A stretch of DNA of 32,000 nt from the NCBI GenBank assembly GCA_030429505.1, contig JAUIFI010000001.1, forward strand, positions 480,001 to 512,000, written 5' to 3'. The notes beneath the pieces were generated by a model. That model saw nothing but the letters and a program-made list of their open reading frames with translations. It ran no database searches and was not told the origin of the DNA. Position 1 is the first letter of the stretch. Each line of letters starts with the position of its first letter. The position numbers and the translations under genes were made by a program. The stretch is from Candidatus Saccharimonadota bacterium (GTDB taxonomy: Bacteria; Patescibacteriota; Gracilibacteria; UBA4473). Below are positions 7,971 through 16,243 of this stretch, one piece after another.

Positions 7971-10031
7971 TTACCGTTGCTGTATATTTGATAACCGATA
8001 CATAATCTCTGCAGCCTCAGCCCTACTAATCTGTTGTGACGGAACAGCATAACCGCCTCGCTGAGGCGTAATCAAACGATGATCTTTCCCAAAAGCAAAA
8101 TAAGGAGCAAACCAAGCATCCTTCTCTACATCCATATACGGATCATTTTCTAACTCCGGTGAAACCTCAAATCCAGCTGTCAAAATGGACACCTTCAAAA
8201 ACTCAGCTCGAGATATTTTATTATCTGGCTTAAAACTACCATCAGCATAGCCTTTTACAATCCCCCGTTTAGCAGCAGTTGCCACAAAATCACGAAACCA
8301 AGCTCCTTCTACCACATCGGAAAAAGCATGAGAAACACCTGCCTCAACAGATAAATCATTCCCAATTAAAAGAATTTTTACCGCTTCAGCTCGATTCAAA
8401 TTCTCATCAGGACGAAACGTACCATCTGGATAACCATTTACAATTCCTTCTCTCTTTAGGTACGTAATTGCCAAAGCATTGGCATGAGTCGGCAAAACAT
8501 CTTTAAAGACCTGTGGACGCAAACTTTGTGACTTCACTTCCCCAAAATCCCCCGTAGCCACCAACTTAAACATTCGATCAAGCTCAGTTTGCACCTGAAT
8601 CTCTGCCATACCATCAACCAAATCATCAGTCCTAACGGCTGAAGGCTGAACTGTTGCCAACTCTCGCAACGTAGAATCTAAATGAATTGTCGCAGAAGCA
8701 ATAAGATTTGCCTCATCTATCTGTAAACGAACCGTCTGCGGCTCCCCTGGAACATACGTCCGTACCGACTCAAAAACAATATCCTTCTTCTTCAAATCAC
8801 GACCAGAAGTAAATGAAGTATCAGATTTAGAAGTATGTGTATGATTATGTTCAACTTCTAAAGGAGAAGAAACTACCTCCTCTGCAGAAACAAGTAATTC
8901 ATCATCAGAAGAAACATTAGGTTGAGTTTCAGCAGAAATTTCTTCTTTATCTTGTTTCTCGTTAACTTCAGCCACCACCGTTTCATCACTAGAAGTAACT
9001 AAATTTGGAGATACATAATCACGAAACTGATCTACGATATGCATCGGATGAACCGTATATTGAAGGGCTTTTTTCTTCCCTACTCCATATCGAACCGCAT
9101 CAAAGTGAGAATGCAAGCCCGCCGCCTGAACATCTGACCACACAAACGGCCAAAAAGCATAAAAAGGAGCTCCTTCTCGATCAATTTGAAAATGAAGATG
9201 TGGCGCTGTACTTAAACCAGTATCTCCAGACTTACCAATCACCTGTCCCTTATTAACCTCATCCCCTACCGACACCAAAATTTCAGACAAATGAGCATAA
9301 GTCGAATAAAGAGTCGTTTTTTTTGAAGGATCATCAGGATCAGGCATTCCGACATGAATCACCGTTATATAATTTCCAAATCCCACATTAGATTTTTCAG
9401 TTTTATAGACAACTCCATTAGCAATCGACACAATCGGAGTTCCAATTAAAGCAGTCATATCAACACCAGGGTGAGATCCAGTATATTCTGAACCATCAAT
9501 TTCATAATTCCCTAAATAAGGAACTGAATAATAAATATAAGCATTCCGTTCTTTTTGACTTGCTGTTTCCCATTTTTTCCCCCTAACAAAATCAGTAGGA
9601 TTATAGACAGGAGGGTCAATCAACTTTGAAGGATCAAGTTGGTCAAAACGCAAATTACGCTCCGCTTCGGACAAACTATACCAATCAGGAACTTTCTCCA
9701 TAGGAGAGACCGTTCCAGTAAACTGAATAGGCTTAAATTCAACTAAACTCGCTCGAAAAAGATACGAATAGTCTTTCAAAAAAGAAGATTCCAAAAGTAA
9801 AACCATAATCGCCAATCCCACCAAAAGAAAACCTTTCTTTTGACTAAAAAAGTCTTGCCAATCACTATATCTAGATCTCCGAATTGAACGATCCGTAAAA
9901 GCATGCCCCCCCCCTGCAATCGAATGATTAACAAAATCATTTCTCACTTGCCGCTGCTTCCAATAACGAAGAAGTTTATATCCCATCCCAAGCGTCAAAA
10001 TCAAGAAAAGAAATCGAAGCAAAGTACGCAT
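7971..10031 (-). CDS. M23-family peptidoglycan metalloendopeptidase with three C-terminal SLH repeats
   Basis: The M23 HxxxD (HPGVD) and HxH (HLHFQ) motifs sit within GSHPGVDM...GFGNYITVIH...GDTGLSTAPHLHFQI. Three SLH-like repeats follow (FKDV...GYPDGTFRPDENLNRAEA; FSDV...GYADGSFKPDNKISRAEF; YMDV...ISRAEAAEIMYRL). N-terminal hydrophobic segments are present. Confidence 0.85.
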   Translation of the reverse strand: MRTLLRFLFLILTLGMGYKLLRYWKQRQVRNDFVNHSIAGGGHAFTDRSIRRSRYSDWQDFFSQKKGFLLVGLAIMVLLLESSFLKDYSYLFRASLVEFKPIQFTGTVSPMEKVPDWYSLSEAERNLRFDQLDPSKLIDPPVYNPTDFVRGKKWETASQKERNAYIYYSVPYLGNYEIDGSEYTGSHPGVDMTALIGTPIVSIANGVVYKTEKSNVGFGNYITVIHVGMPDPDDPSKKTTLYSTYAHLSEILVSVGDEVNKGQVIGKSGDTGLSTAPHLHFQIDREGAPFYAFWPFVWSDVQAAGLHSHFDAVRYGVGKKKALQYTVHPMHIVDQFRDYVSPNLVTSSDETVVAEVNEKQDKEEISAETQPNVSSDDELLVSAEEVVSSPLEVEHNHTHTSKSDTSFTSGRDLKKKDIVFESVRTYVPGEPQTVRLQIDEANLIASATIHLDSTLRELATVQPSAVRTDDLVDGMAEIQVQTELDRMFKLVATGDFGEVKSQSLRPQVFKDVLPTHANALAITYLKREGIVNGYPDGTFRPDENLNRAEAVKILLIGNDLSVEAGVSHAFSDVVEGAWFRDFVATAAKRGIVKGYADGSFKPDNKISRAEFLKVSILTAGFEVSPELENDPYMDVEKDAWFAPYFAFGKDHRLITPQRGGYAVPSQQISRAEAAEIMYRLSNIQQR
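9906..9914 (-). repeat. G9 homopolymer (C9 on + strand) in codons 40-42 of the M23/SLH gene
   Basis: The coding strand reads att gca ggg ggg ggg cat (IAGGGH). This is the longest G/C run I found in the window. The other G/C runs I noted are 6 nt. Confidence 0.9.
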
Positions 10032-10055
10032 AAATAAAAGTCATAAAATCCTTTT

Positions 10056-10084
10056 ATTATAACATACAAAAACGACTTTTTCAA
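10056..10084 (-). promoter_or_regulatory. sigma70-type promoter of the M23/SLH gene
   Basis: The minus strand reads TTGAAA-17 nt-TATAAT with an extended -10 (TGT TATAAT). The -10 box ends 24 nt before the ATG at 10031. Confidence 0.55.
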
Positions 10085-10140
10085 GGTTAAAACAAATATT
10101 TTTCATAAAAATCCAAATAAATTTAAGTATCATTAAAAAA

Positions 10141-12240
10141 ATGAGATCACTCTTTGAGCCAAAATCTATAGCTATTATCGGAGCGTCTGGAACTCCAGGA
10201 AAAATTGGACACACCCTACTCAAAAATCTGAAAACATTTGGCTTCAAAGGTCAAATCTACCCAGTAAACCCCAAAAGAAAAACCTTGCAAGGAAAAAAAG
10301 TCTATCCCACAGTAAAAGCTCTTCCAAAATCTGTAGATCTAGCCATCATCGCTATTCCCGCCACTCTTGTAACAACCGAACTCGAGAATTTAGGAAAAAA
10401 GGGAATAAAAAACATTATTATCATTTCCGCTGGATTTAAAGAAATCGGTCCTGAAGGTGCCAAAAGAGAAGCCGAAATCAAAGCCATCGATCAAAAATAC
10501 AAACTCAATATCATTGGACCCAATTGCCTCGGTATACTCAATCCACACCACAAACTCAACGCTAGCTTTGCTGGAGGTCTTCCCGAAGCCGGCAATATAG
10601 CCCTGATCTCACAATCAGGTGCCATGGCAGTCGCCATCATGGATTGGGCAGAAAAATCAGATCTCGGCTTTTCCAAAATCGTATCTCTAGGAAACAAGAC
10701 CGACATTGATTCAGTAGAGTTACTCCATTTTCTTAAAAACGACCCTCAAACCAAAGTTATCTTGCTATATCTCGAAGACTTTGAAAATGGACCAGAATTC
10801 CTCCACCAAGCCCAAGCCATCATCCCACACAAACCCATTATCCTGCTCAAATCAGGCCGCAGTCATGCTGGACAAAAAGCTGCAAGCTCTCACACCGGCG
10901 CACTCGCTGGATCTGACACCGCTGTCGATGCTGCTTGCACACAAGCCGGCATTATACGAGTAACCACCATTGAAGAACTCTTTGACTACGCCAGTATTTT
11001 TTCAGTACATCAAACCCTTAACAATAATCACATCGCCATCATCACCAATGCCGGCGGACCAGGAATCATCACTACTGATTCTATCGCTCAATCAAACCTC
11101 ACACTAGCAACATTCTCCAAAGAAACACTCAAAAAGCTGAAACAAAAGCTACCACCCGCAGCCAGCATAGAAAATCCGATTGATGTCATCGGTGATGCTC
11201 TCGCTGACCGTTATCAATCCGCATTAGAATTAGTGATAAAAGATAAGAATGTAGATGCTGTCTTAGTTCTTCTCACACCACAGATCATGACAGAAAGTCT
11301 TTCTACAGCATCTCTAATCAAAAAAATACAAGACAAACATCGTAAAAAGCCAATCATCACGAGTTTTATCGGTAAAGCCAAAGTCAAAGCCGCCCGAGAT
11401 TTTTTGGGAAAAAACCATATCCCCCATTACAACTTCCCTGAAAACGCAGTCAAATCAATCAGCCAACTATGGCAATATAGTCAAAACAAAAAAAGAAAAG
11501 GCTCTACAAAAACTCAATCCCCTCAGAATAAAAAAGTGAAATTAATCAGAGAAGAAGTACAAAAACATCTCTCAAAAAATGCTCAAACACTCCCCTTCTC
11601 CCTCACTCAAAAAATTCTTCATGCCTATCATCTTCCCCACCCAAAAGAAGCCATTGCTCAAAATACCAAAGACGCCATCCGCCTCGCCAAAACCATTGGC
11701 TATCCGGTTGTTGCCAAAATCATAGCTCCCGAAATTATCCATAAAACTGACATTGGGGGCATTCACATCAATATCAAAAATAAAAAAGAGCTACAAAGCG
11801 CCTGTCAAAACATCTGGGAAAGAGCAAAAAAGCATCACCCCAAAGCTCACATCGAAGGCATACTTATTCAAAAAATGCTTCCCCTAGGACGAGAAGTTAT
11901 CATCGGCATCAAACGCGATCCAGTTTTTGGACCGTTACTCGCCTTTGGACTCGGTGGAATCTATGTCAACATCTTTGAAGACGTTACTTTTCGTATTGCT
12001 CCCATAACCTTCCTAGAAGCAGAAAAAATGATCACAGAAATCAAAGCCATCAAACTTCTCCAAGGTGTCCGAGGTGAAAAAGCAGTTGATATCGAATCTC
12101 TCGCTCATATCCTCGTCAAAACGTCTCATCTCGCCGCAGATCTCCCAGAAATCACCGAGCTCGATTTCAATCCAGTCCTTGCTTTTGAAAAAGAATCATT
12201 TGTCGCAGATGCCAAGTTTATAGCAAGAAAACAAGAGTGA
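10141..12240 (+). CDS. acetyl-CoA synthetase (ADP-forming) / NDP-forming acyl-CoA synthetase, fused alpha-beta
   Basis: 699 aa. The N-terminal CoA-binding fold reads SIAIIGASGTPGKIGHTLLKNL...YPVNPK. A succinyl-CoA-ligase-like middle follows. The C-terminal ATP-grasp reads AKTIGYPVVAKIIAPEIIHKTDIGGIHINI. Confidence 0.85.
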   Translation: MRSLFEPKSIAIIGASGTPGKIGHTLLKNLKTFGFKGQIYPVNPKRKTLQGKKVYPTVKALPKSVDLAIIAIPATLVTTELENLGKKGIKNIIIISAGFKEIGPEGAKREAEIKAIDQKYKLNIIGPNCLGILNPHHKLNASFAGGLPEAGNIALISQSGAMAVAIMDWAEKSDLGFSKIVSLGNKTDIDSVELLHFLKNDPQTKVILLYLEDFENGPEFLHQAQAIIPHKPIILLKSGRSHAGQKAASSHTGALAGSDTAVDAACTQAGIIRVTTIEELFDYASIFSVHQTLNNNHIAIITNAGGPGIITTDSIAQSNLTLATFSKETLKKLKQKLPPAASIENPIDVIGDALADRYQSALELVIKDKNVDAVLVLLTPQIMTESLSTASLIKKIQDKHRKKPIITSFIGKAKVKAARDFLGKNHIPHYNFPENAVKSISQLWQYSQNKKRKGSTKTQSPQNKKVKLIREEVQKHLSKNAQTLPFSLTQKILHAYHLPHPKEAIAQNTKDAIRLAKTIGYPVVAKIIAPEIIHKTDIGGIHINIKNKKELQSACQNIWERAKKHHPKAHIEGILIQKMLPLGREVIIGIKRDPVFGPLLAFGLGGIYVNIFEDVTFRIAPITFLEAEKMITEIKAIKLLQGVRGEKAVDIESLAHILVKTSHLAADLPEITELDFNPVLAFEKESFVADAKFIARKQE

Positions 12241-12348
12241 ATTGAACAATAATTTTATTCAAAAAATAAAATTAAAATTATATGAAATAGGGATTGACTA
12301 TTCTTGTTTTTTGATTTAAAGAGCAAAAAGTTTAATAAAAAATATACG

Positions 12349-14286
12349 ATGACAAGTCCAGACACCCCGAAGAATCCGGAAAAAAAAGAAGGTGACATAA
12401 CTCCTTTTGACATAGATTGCCTTGACGAAACAAAAGCATTTCTACAAAAGATATTCGGCGGTTTTAAACCAGGTTCTTATCCTGAATCTGAAAGAAAAAA
12501 AGATAGAACTCGATTTAAAGGAAGACGTCTAGATGGAACGAGATTAATGGAAGAAGCTATTGGAAAAATGACACACAAGGTAAAAAGAAAGTTTAAAAAA
12601 ACTCCCCTATCAAAACAATTTTTCGAAGAGGCACAGGAACTCCGACAACTCTCAGTAGACGCAAATCTATACCACAGACAAAGCGACCATTCGCGGAACA
12701 TGGCACAAATAATAGATTTTGGAGAAGACTATAAGCAAAAAATCGAAAAATGTGTAGTTGATTTTGAGCAAGTAATATACGAACAACAACCGCCCAAAAA
12801 GTTTGAACTCATAGAACAATTCTATCTAGCACTTCTAATAGCACTCAATTTTTCTGCTTACAAAGATAAAAACGGAAATATGAGACAGGAAGGAAATCAC
12901 TATTTTATAGGAGATTACATTTTACACAGCCTAGTTCAAAAAATGACACTAACCTACAAACAGAACGGTTGGCTAAAAAAAGGAGGATCCCAAGAACTCA
13001 TAGAAATAAGAGAAATTCTTAGGCTCTCTGAATCAAAAGATTTCAACGCAGAAGCAACTCTAGATTCAGGAGCTATTCCACCCAAAAGACAAGGACGATG
13101 GCATTTTCTTAGAAGTCCAGAACTACTCGCAGAAGCAAAAAGAACACTTTCAGATATATCAGGCATGCTCACACTAGCAATACAAGCTTTAGACAGCCAA
13201 GAAGTCGCCTCAAATATTTTTTCAAAAGAAAGCAACGAAGAAGATGCTAAAACAGACTTAGAAGAATGGAAGGTTTTAGGTGATATTTATCACGAAGATA
13301 CTTCTTGGGAAAGAGCCCTCCCTCAAGTAGAAAAATCTCTCTCCGGTGACGGAGAAGGAATAATTTGCAAAAATGATGAATACACATTGACCTTAGACCC
13401 CTCTCATAGTCAGTTTAAAGGAGCTTATCTAGCATCTGGACATTTTATACCTACAAACAAATTTAAAAAAATCATGGAATCTGGTAATCGAGATTATTTT
13501 GTAAACATAAAAAAACATACAAAAGGCTTTAGAGTAGACCCTATTCTAGGAGCTTTTTCTTTCCTGGTTTCCAAAGATGGTGAAATACTCATAAACTTTT
13601 CCAACAAAGAAATAACAAAAGAAGCTCTTGGAGAGTATCAATATCAAGTGATAAGAGCATATATTCTCTACTATATCAGCCAGATAACGACAGCTGAATA
13701 CGAAATTGCAACGCCCTCAGACATTATGAGCCAAATGAAAGGAAGAGTTCCTTCGAAACCAAAACCCGATCCTGAAACCGATGGTGTACGAACCATTACA
13801 CTTCCCAGGCAAAACAGAGAAATATCATTAGTCACTAAAAGCACCGATAAATACAGTCAAGCTGAAGGGAAAGTTATCAGCTATAGAGACGATAATACTC
13901 GACTATTACCACACACGTGGAAACCTTCTAAAAAACAATACGAACTCGGACAAAAAAGCGGACTATCTTTATATGCTTATCTCATAAATACAGAGCAAGG
14001 TACTATAGAAAGACTCCAAAGAATCGATATTGATGAAAGAACAGATAAAAAATACTCCCACAAAGAATTTTTAGAACTGTATAACGATTTAAGAGAAAAA
14101 AATGAAACCTCGCCAGCTCGAAAAGTTCGAGTTCAAACCTTCATCCAAGGATTCGATATTCGAGGAGATGTAGAGTCAGTAGGGGGAAAAGTCAGGGAAA
14201 TAATAGATCCGAAAAAAGGTCCAAGATCATCACGTAGTATTCCGAGATACGATGAAAATAAAAACGAAGAAGAATCTCAAAAATAG
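12349..14286 (+). CDS. orphan protein, 645 aa, no signal peptide or TM, no recognised domain
   Basis: Long uninterrupted ORF with window-typical A-ending codon usage. I use the ATG at 12349 (MTSPDTPKNPEKKEG...). The track start at 12304 is a TTG. The termini are Lys/Glu-rich, and I see no P-loop or catalytic motif that I can name. Confidence 0.6.
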   Translation: MTSPDTPKNPEKKEGDITPFDIDCLDETKAFLQKIFGGFKPGSYPESERKKDRTRFKGRRLDGTRLMEEAIGKMTHKVKRKFKKTPLSKQFFEEAQELRQLSVDANLYHRQSDHSRNMAQIIDFGEDYKQKIEKCVVDFEQVIYEQQPPKKFELIEQFYLALLIALNFSAYKDKNGNMRQEGNHYFIGDYILHSLVQKMTLTYKQNGWLKKGGSQELIEIREILRLSESKDFNAEATLDSGAIPPKRQGRWHFLRSPELLAEAKRTLSDISGMLTLAIQALDSQEVASNIFSKESNEEDAKTDLEEWKVLGDIYHEDTSWERALPQVEKSLSGDGEGIICKNDEYTLTLDPSHSQFKGAYLASGHFIPTNKFKKIMESGNRDYFVNIKKHTKGFRVDPILGAFSFLVSKDGEILINFSNKEITKEALGEYQYQVIRAYILYYISQITTAEYEIATPSDIMSQMKGRVPSKPKPDPETDGVRTITLPRQNREISLVTKSTDKYSQAEGKVISYRDDNTRLLPHTWKPSKKQYELGQKSGLSLYAYLINTEQGTIERLQRIDIDERTDKKYSHKEFLELYNDLREKNETSPARKVRVQTFIQGFDIRGDVESVGGKVREIIDPKKGPRSSRSIPRYDENKNEEESQK

Positions 14287-14509
14287 CTCTAAAAAAGAAA
14301 AAATATAAAAAAATCCCTAGTAATAAAATCTATTTACATTTTCTACACCAAGTTGTTAATCGCATTATAAAAATGAATAATAGGACGAACCTGATAAATT
14401 CTGTCTCACTTTACTCAATTAGTAAGCAAGGGAAGGATCTTACCTCTTTCTAACTTCAACGGTACGTATATGGAATAAAACATCATCGTACCAATTAGCA
14501 TCTCAAAAA

Positions 14510-14537
14510 TTGTCTTATCACAAATATTTTTTATACT
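14510..14537 (+). promoter_or_regulatory. candidate promoter of mscL
   Basis: TTGTCT-16 nt-TATACT. The -10 box ends 25 nt before the ATG. Confidence 0.35.
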
Positions 14538-14562
14538 ACACTCGTTATTATCTTGTTACGTT

Positions 14563-14946
14563 ATGTTCAAAGAATTTAAAAATTTTGCAGTAAAAGGAAA
14601 TGTCGTAGATATGGCTGTAGGGATTATTATCGGAGCTGCATTTGGAAAAATTGTGAGCTCCTTTGTCTCTGACATTATTATGCCACCGATTGGTCTGCTT
14701 TTAGGAGGAATCGACTTTTCTCATTTTGCTATAACACTCAAAAATGCAACCGAGACATCAGAAGCAGTAACCATCAACTACGGAATATTCGCAAATACAA
14801 TGCTAGACTTCTTAATTATTGCATTTGCCATGTTTATAGTAATTAAACAATTGAATAAATTTAAAAGAAAGGAAGAAGAAAAGCCTTCCAAACCATCTGA
14901 AACAGTTCTTCTTTTACGAGAAATTCGTGATGGACTAAAAAAATAA
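14563..14946 (+). CDS. mscL: large-conductance mechanosensitive channel
   Basis: 127 aa. [53 protein letters not shown] is the canonical MscL N-terminus and TM1. Confidence 0.95.
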   Translation: MFKEFKNFAVKGNVVDMAVGIIIGAAFGKIVSSFVSDIIMPPIGLLLGGIDFSHFAITLKNATETSEAVTINYGIFANTMLDFLIIAFAMFIVIKQLNKFKRKEEEKPSKPSETVLLLREIRDGLKK

Positions 14947-14995
14947 CTTCCTCAGCTTCTCAAAATTTGGATTAAAATATTTTCCTAACGACTCA

Positions 14996-15082
14996 CTCTG
15001 TTCACCCACTTAAGCGCTCAAACAATCGTTTCGCTCGTTTTTCGTATCGAACTCATTTGGTTCCCATCTCAAAAGCAAAGTT
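14996..15082. repeat. degenerate direct repeat, left copy (flanks tRNA-Arg)
   Basis: CTCTGTTCAC...CTCAAACAAT...CCATCTCAAAAGCAAAGTT. It matches the right copy at 15226-15281 in the same order. Confidence 0.5.
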
Positions 15083-15118
15083 AAAAAACTGTGGAGACAA
15101 TCTCCACACTTTTTTAAC
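15080..15118. terminator. bidirectional hairpin terminator between mscL and tRNA-Arg
   Basis: GTTAAAAAACTGTGGAGA-CAA-TCTCCACACTTTTTTAAC forms an 18-bp stem with one mismatch. An A-run and a T-run flank it, so it gives a U-tail on either strand. It abuts the tRNA 3' end. Confidence 0.55.
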
Positions 15119-15195
15119 TGGTACAGGCGGAGGGATTCGAACCCCCGACACCCGGTTCCGAAGACCGGTGCTCTATCCAGCTGAGCTACGCCTGC
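15119..15195 (-). tRNA. tRNA-Arg (anticodon UCG), CCA encoded
   Basis: The reverse complement is GCAGGCGTAGCTCAGCTGGATAGAGCACCGGTCTTCGGAACCGGGTGTCGGGGGTTCGAATCCCTCCGCCTGTACCA. It folds as a cloverleaf with a 7-bp acceptor stem (G1-U72 wobble). The D arm is GCTC/GAGC. The anticodon arm is CCGGT-CTTCGGA-ACCGG. The T arm is GGGGG-TTCGAAT-CCCTC. Confidence 0.9.
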
Positions 15196-15225
15196 ATCAT
15201 CAAAAGTAACTACGCATATTCGTTC

Positions 15226-15281
15226 CTCTGTTCACACTCAAAACATTTCATACACAATCTCTCCATCTCAAAATCGAAGTT
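15226..15281. repeat. degenerate direct repeat, right copy (flanks tRNA-Arg)
   Basis: CTCTGTTCAC (10/10 with the left copy), then CTCAAAACAT, then CCATCTCAAAATCGAAGTT (17/19 with 15064-15082). This copy is shorter than the left one through internal deletions. Confidence 0.5.
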
Positions 15282-15415
15282 TTCACCATCAACTTTATAT
15301 AAAAAAAGAGCGGTGGCATTGTAGCAAGATCCTATTTTTCTTCAAGTCAGAAAAACCAAAAGCAGACCAAAGCCTACTTTGAGGTTAAGAGATAATGACG
15401 ATACAAAGAAGAAGT

Positions 15416-16102
15416 TTACCAAGAAATCCCATCAAGGCAGAAGTCCTGTTTGGACAAGATAGGACACCCCACATCTCCAATGCCTTCTATATTTTTCTTC
15501 TCACACACACGAGAAGTAATCTGTTTTTCATCACCACCTTTATTTACGTAAAAACTCATAAGTTCATGTATTCGATTAGGGTACCTCTCATATTCAAACG
15601 AATACTGTACACACGCCACATCACTATGAAATCCATCTGCCAAAGGAGACATCCAAAGAGTCAAATCCTCATAGCCATCAACGAGTCTTCCACCTTCTTC
15701 TGCAAAACGTCTGACATCAGCCGGATTATCCTCATTACATGTACTGTCTTTTAAAAGACCGCACGCTGAACCATAGTCTCGACTATTATAAAGCTCAAAA
15801 TAAGACTGAACCAAATCCAAAACCTCAGAAAAATCTCTCTGATCATTTATGACACCACAATGTTCTTCACAACGGTCTTCAAGAATAAAATCAGAAAAAG
15901 AAACCACATCTTCAAAAGAAAATTGAGGAGCAGAACTATGAAATGTATTTCCATCTTCAATAACTACCTCCGTAGCCATCAAAGCTACACTCATAAAAAG
16001 AACTCCAATTAAAAAACCAATACCTGTAAAAAAGTAAGCCGTATTCTTCTGAACAAAACTATAGAGAAGCAGGAGCGGATCTTGTTTTTTCTTCGTTTTC
16101 AT
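15416..16102 (-). CDS. hypothetical membrane-anchored protein with Cys-rich ectodomain
   Basis: 228 aa. An N-terminal TM helix (AYFFTGIGFLIGVLFMSVALMA) is followed by an acidic domain containing 8 Cys. It has its own promoter. No family is recognised. Confidence 0.55.
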   Translation of the reverse strand: MKTKKKQDPLLLLYSFVQKNTAYFFTGIGFLIGVLFMSVALMATEVVIEDGNTFHSSAPQFSFEDVVSFSDFILEDRCEEHCGVINDQRDFSEVLDLVQSYFELYNSRDYGSACGLLKDSTCNEDNPADVRRFAEEGGRLVDGYEDLTLWMSPLADGFHSDVACVQYSFEYERYPNRIHELMSFYVNKGGDEKQITSRVCEKKNIEGIGDVGCPILSKQDFCLDGISW

Positions 16103-16126
16103 AAAAAGTTAAATATAAATCCTCTC

Positions 16127-16155
16127 ATTGTAACATACTTTTAAAGGAAAAACAA
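16127..16155 (-). promoter_or_regulatory. sigma70-type promoter of the Cys-rich membrane protein gene
   Basis: The minus strand reads TTGTTT-17 nt-TACAAT with an extended -10 (TGT TACAAT). The -10 box ends 24 nt before the ATG at 16102. Confidence 0.5.
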
Positions 16156-16243
16156 GAAAACCATTTTCAAAGCCACAATCTCCTACATACTCCAAGATAA
16201 AAAGTAGACAAAGAGCCACGATTACTCTACAGTCCCCCCTGAA

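Noticed and set aside
14461-14492. GGTACG...CGTACC inverted repeat in the gap upstream of mscL, and a 26-codon ORF at about 14373
   Set aside because: The stem is only 6 bp with a 20-nt loop, and the ORF is tiny with no supporting signals. Neither is distinguishable from chance in AT-rich spacer DNA.
15119-15195. tRNA-Arg as an integration site of a genomic island
   Set aside because: There is no integrase, no duplicated tRNA 3' end, and the neighbouring genes (mscL, infB) are core genes. Only the degenerate flanking repeats are reported.
15395-15754. 119-aa + strand ORF opposite the Cys-rich membrane protein gene
   Set aside because: The minus-strand ORF is longer. It also has a TM anchor and a good promoter at the standard distance. 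The + ORF has none of these features.
16205-16233. TAGACA-17-TACAGT promoter-like sequence upstream of infB
   Set aside because: Its -10 box ends only 10 nt before the ATG, unlike the 21-30 nt seen for the other promoters, and both hexamers are imperfect. It would imply a nearly leaderless infB mRNA, so I did not call it as a feature.
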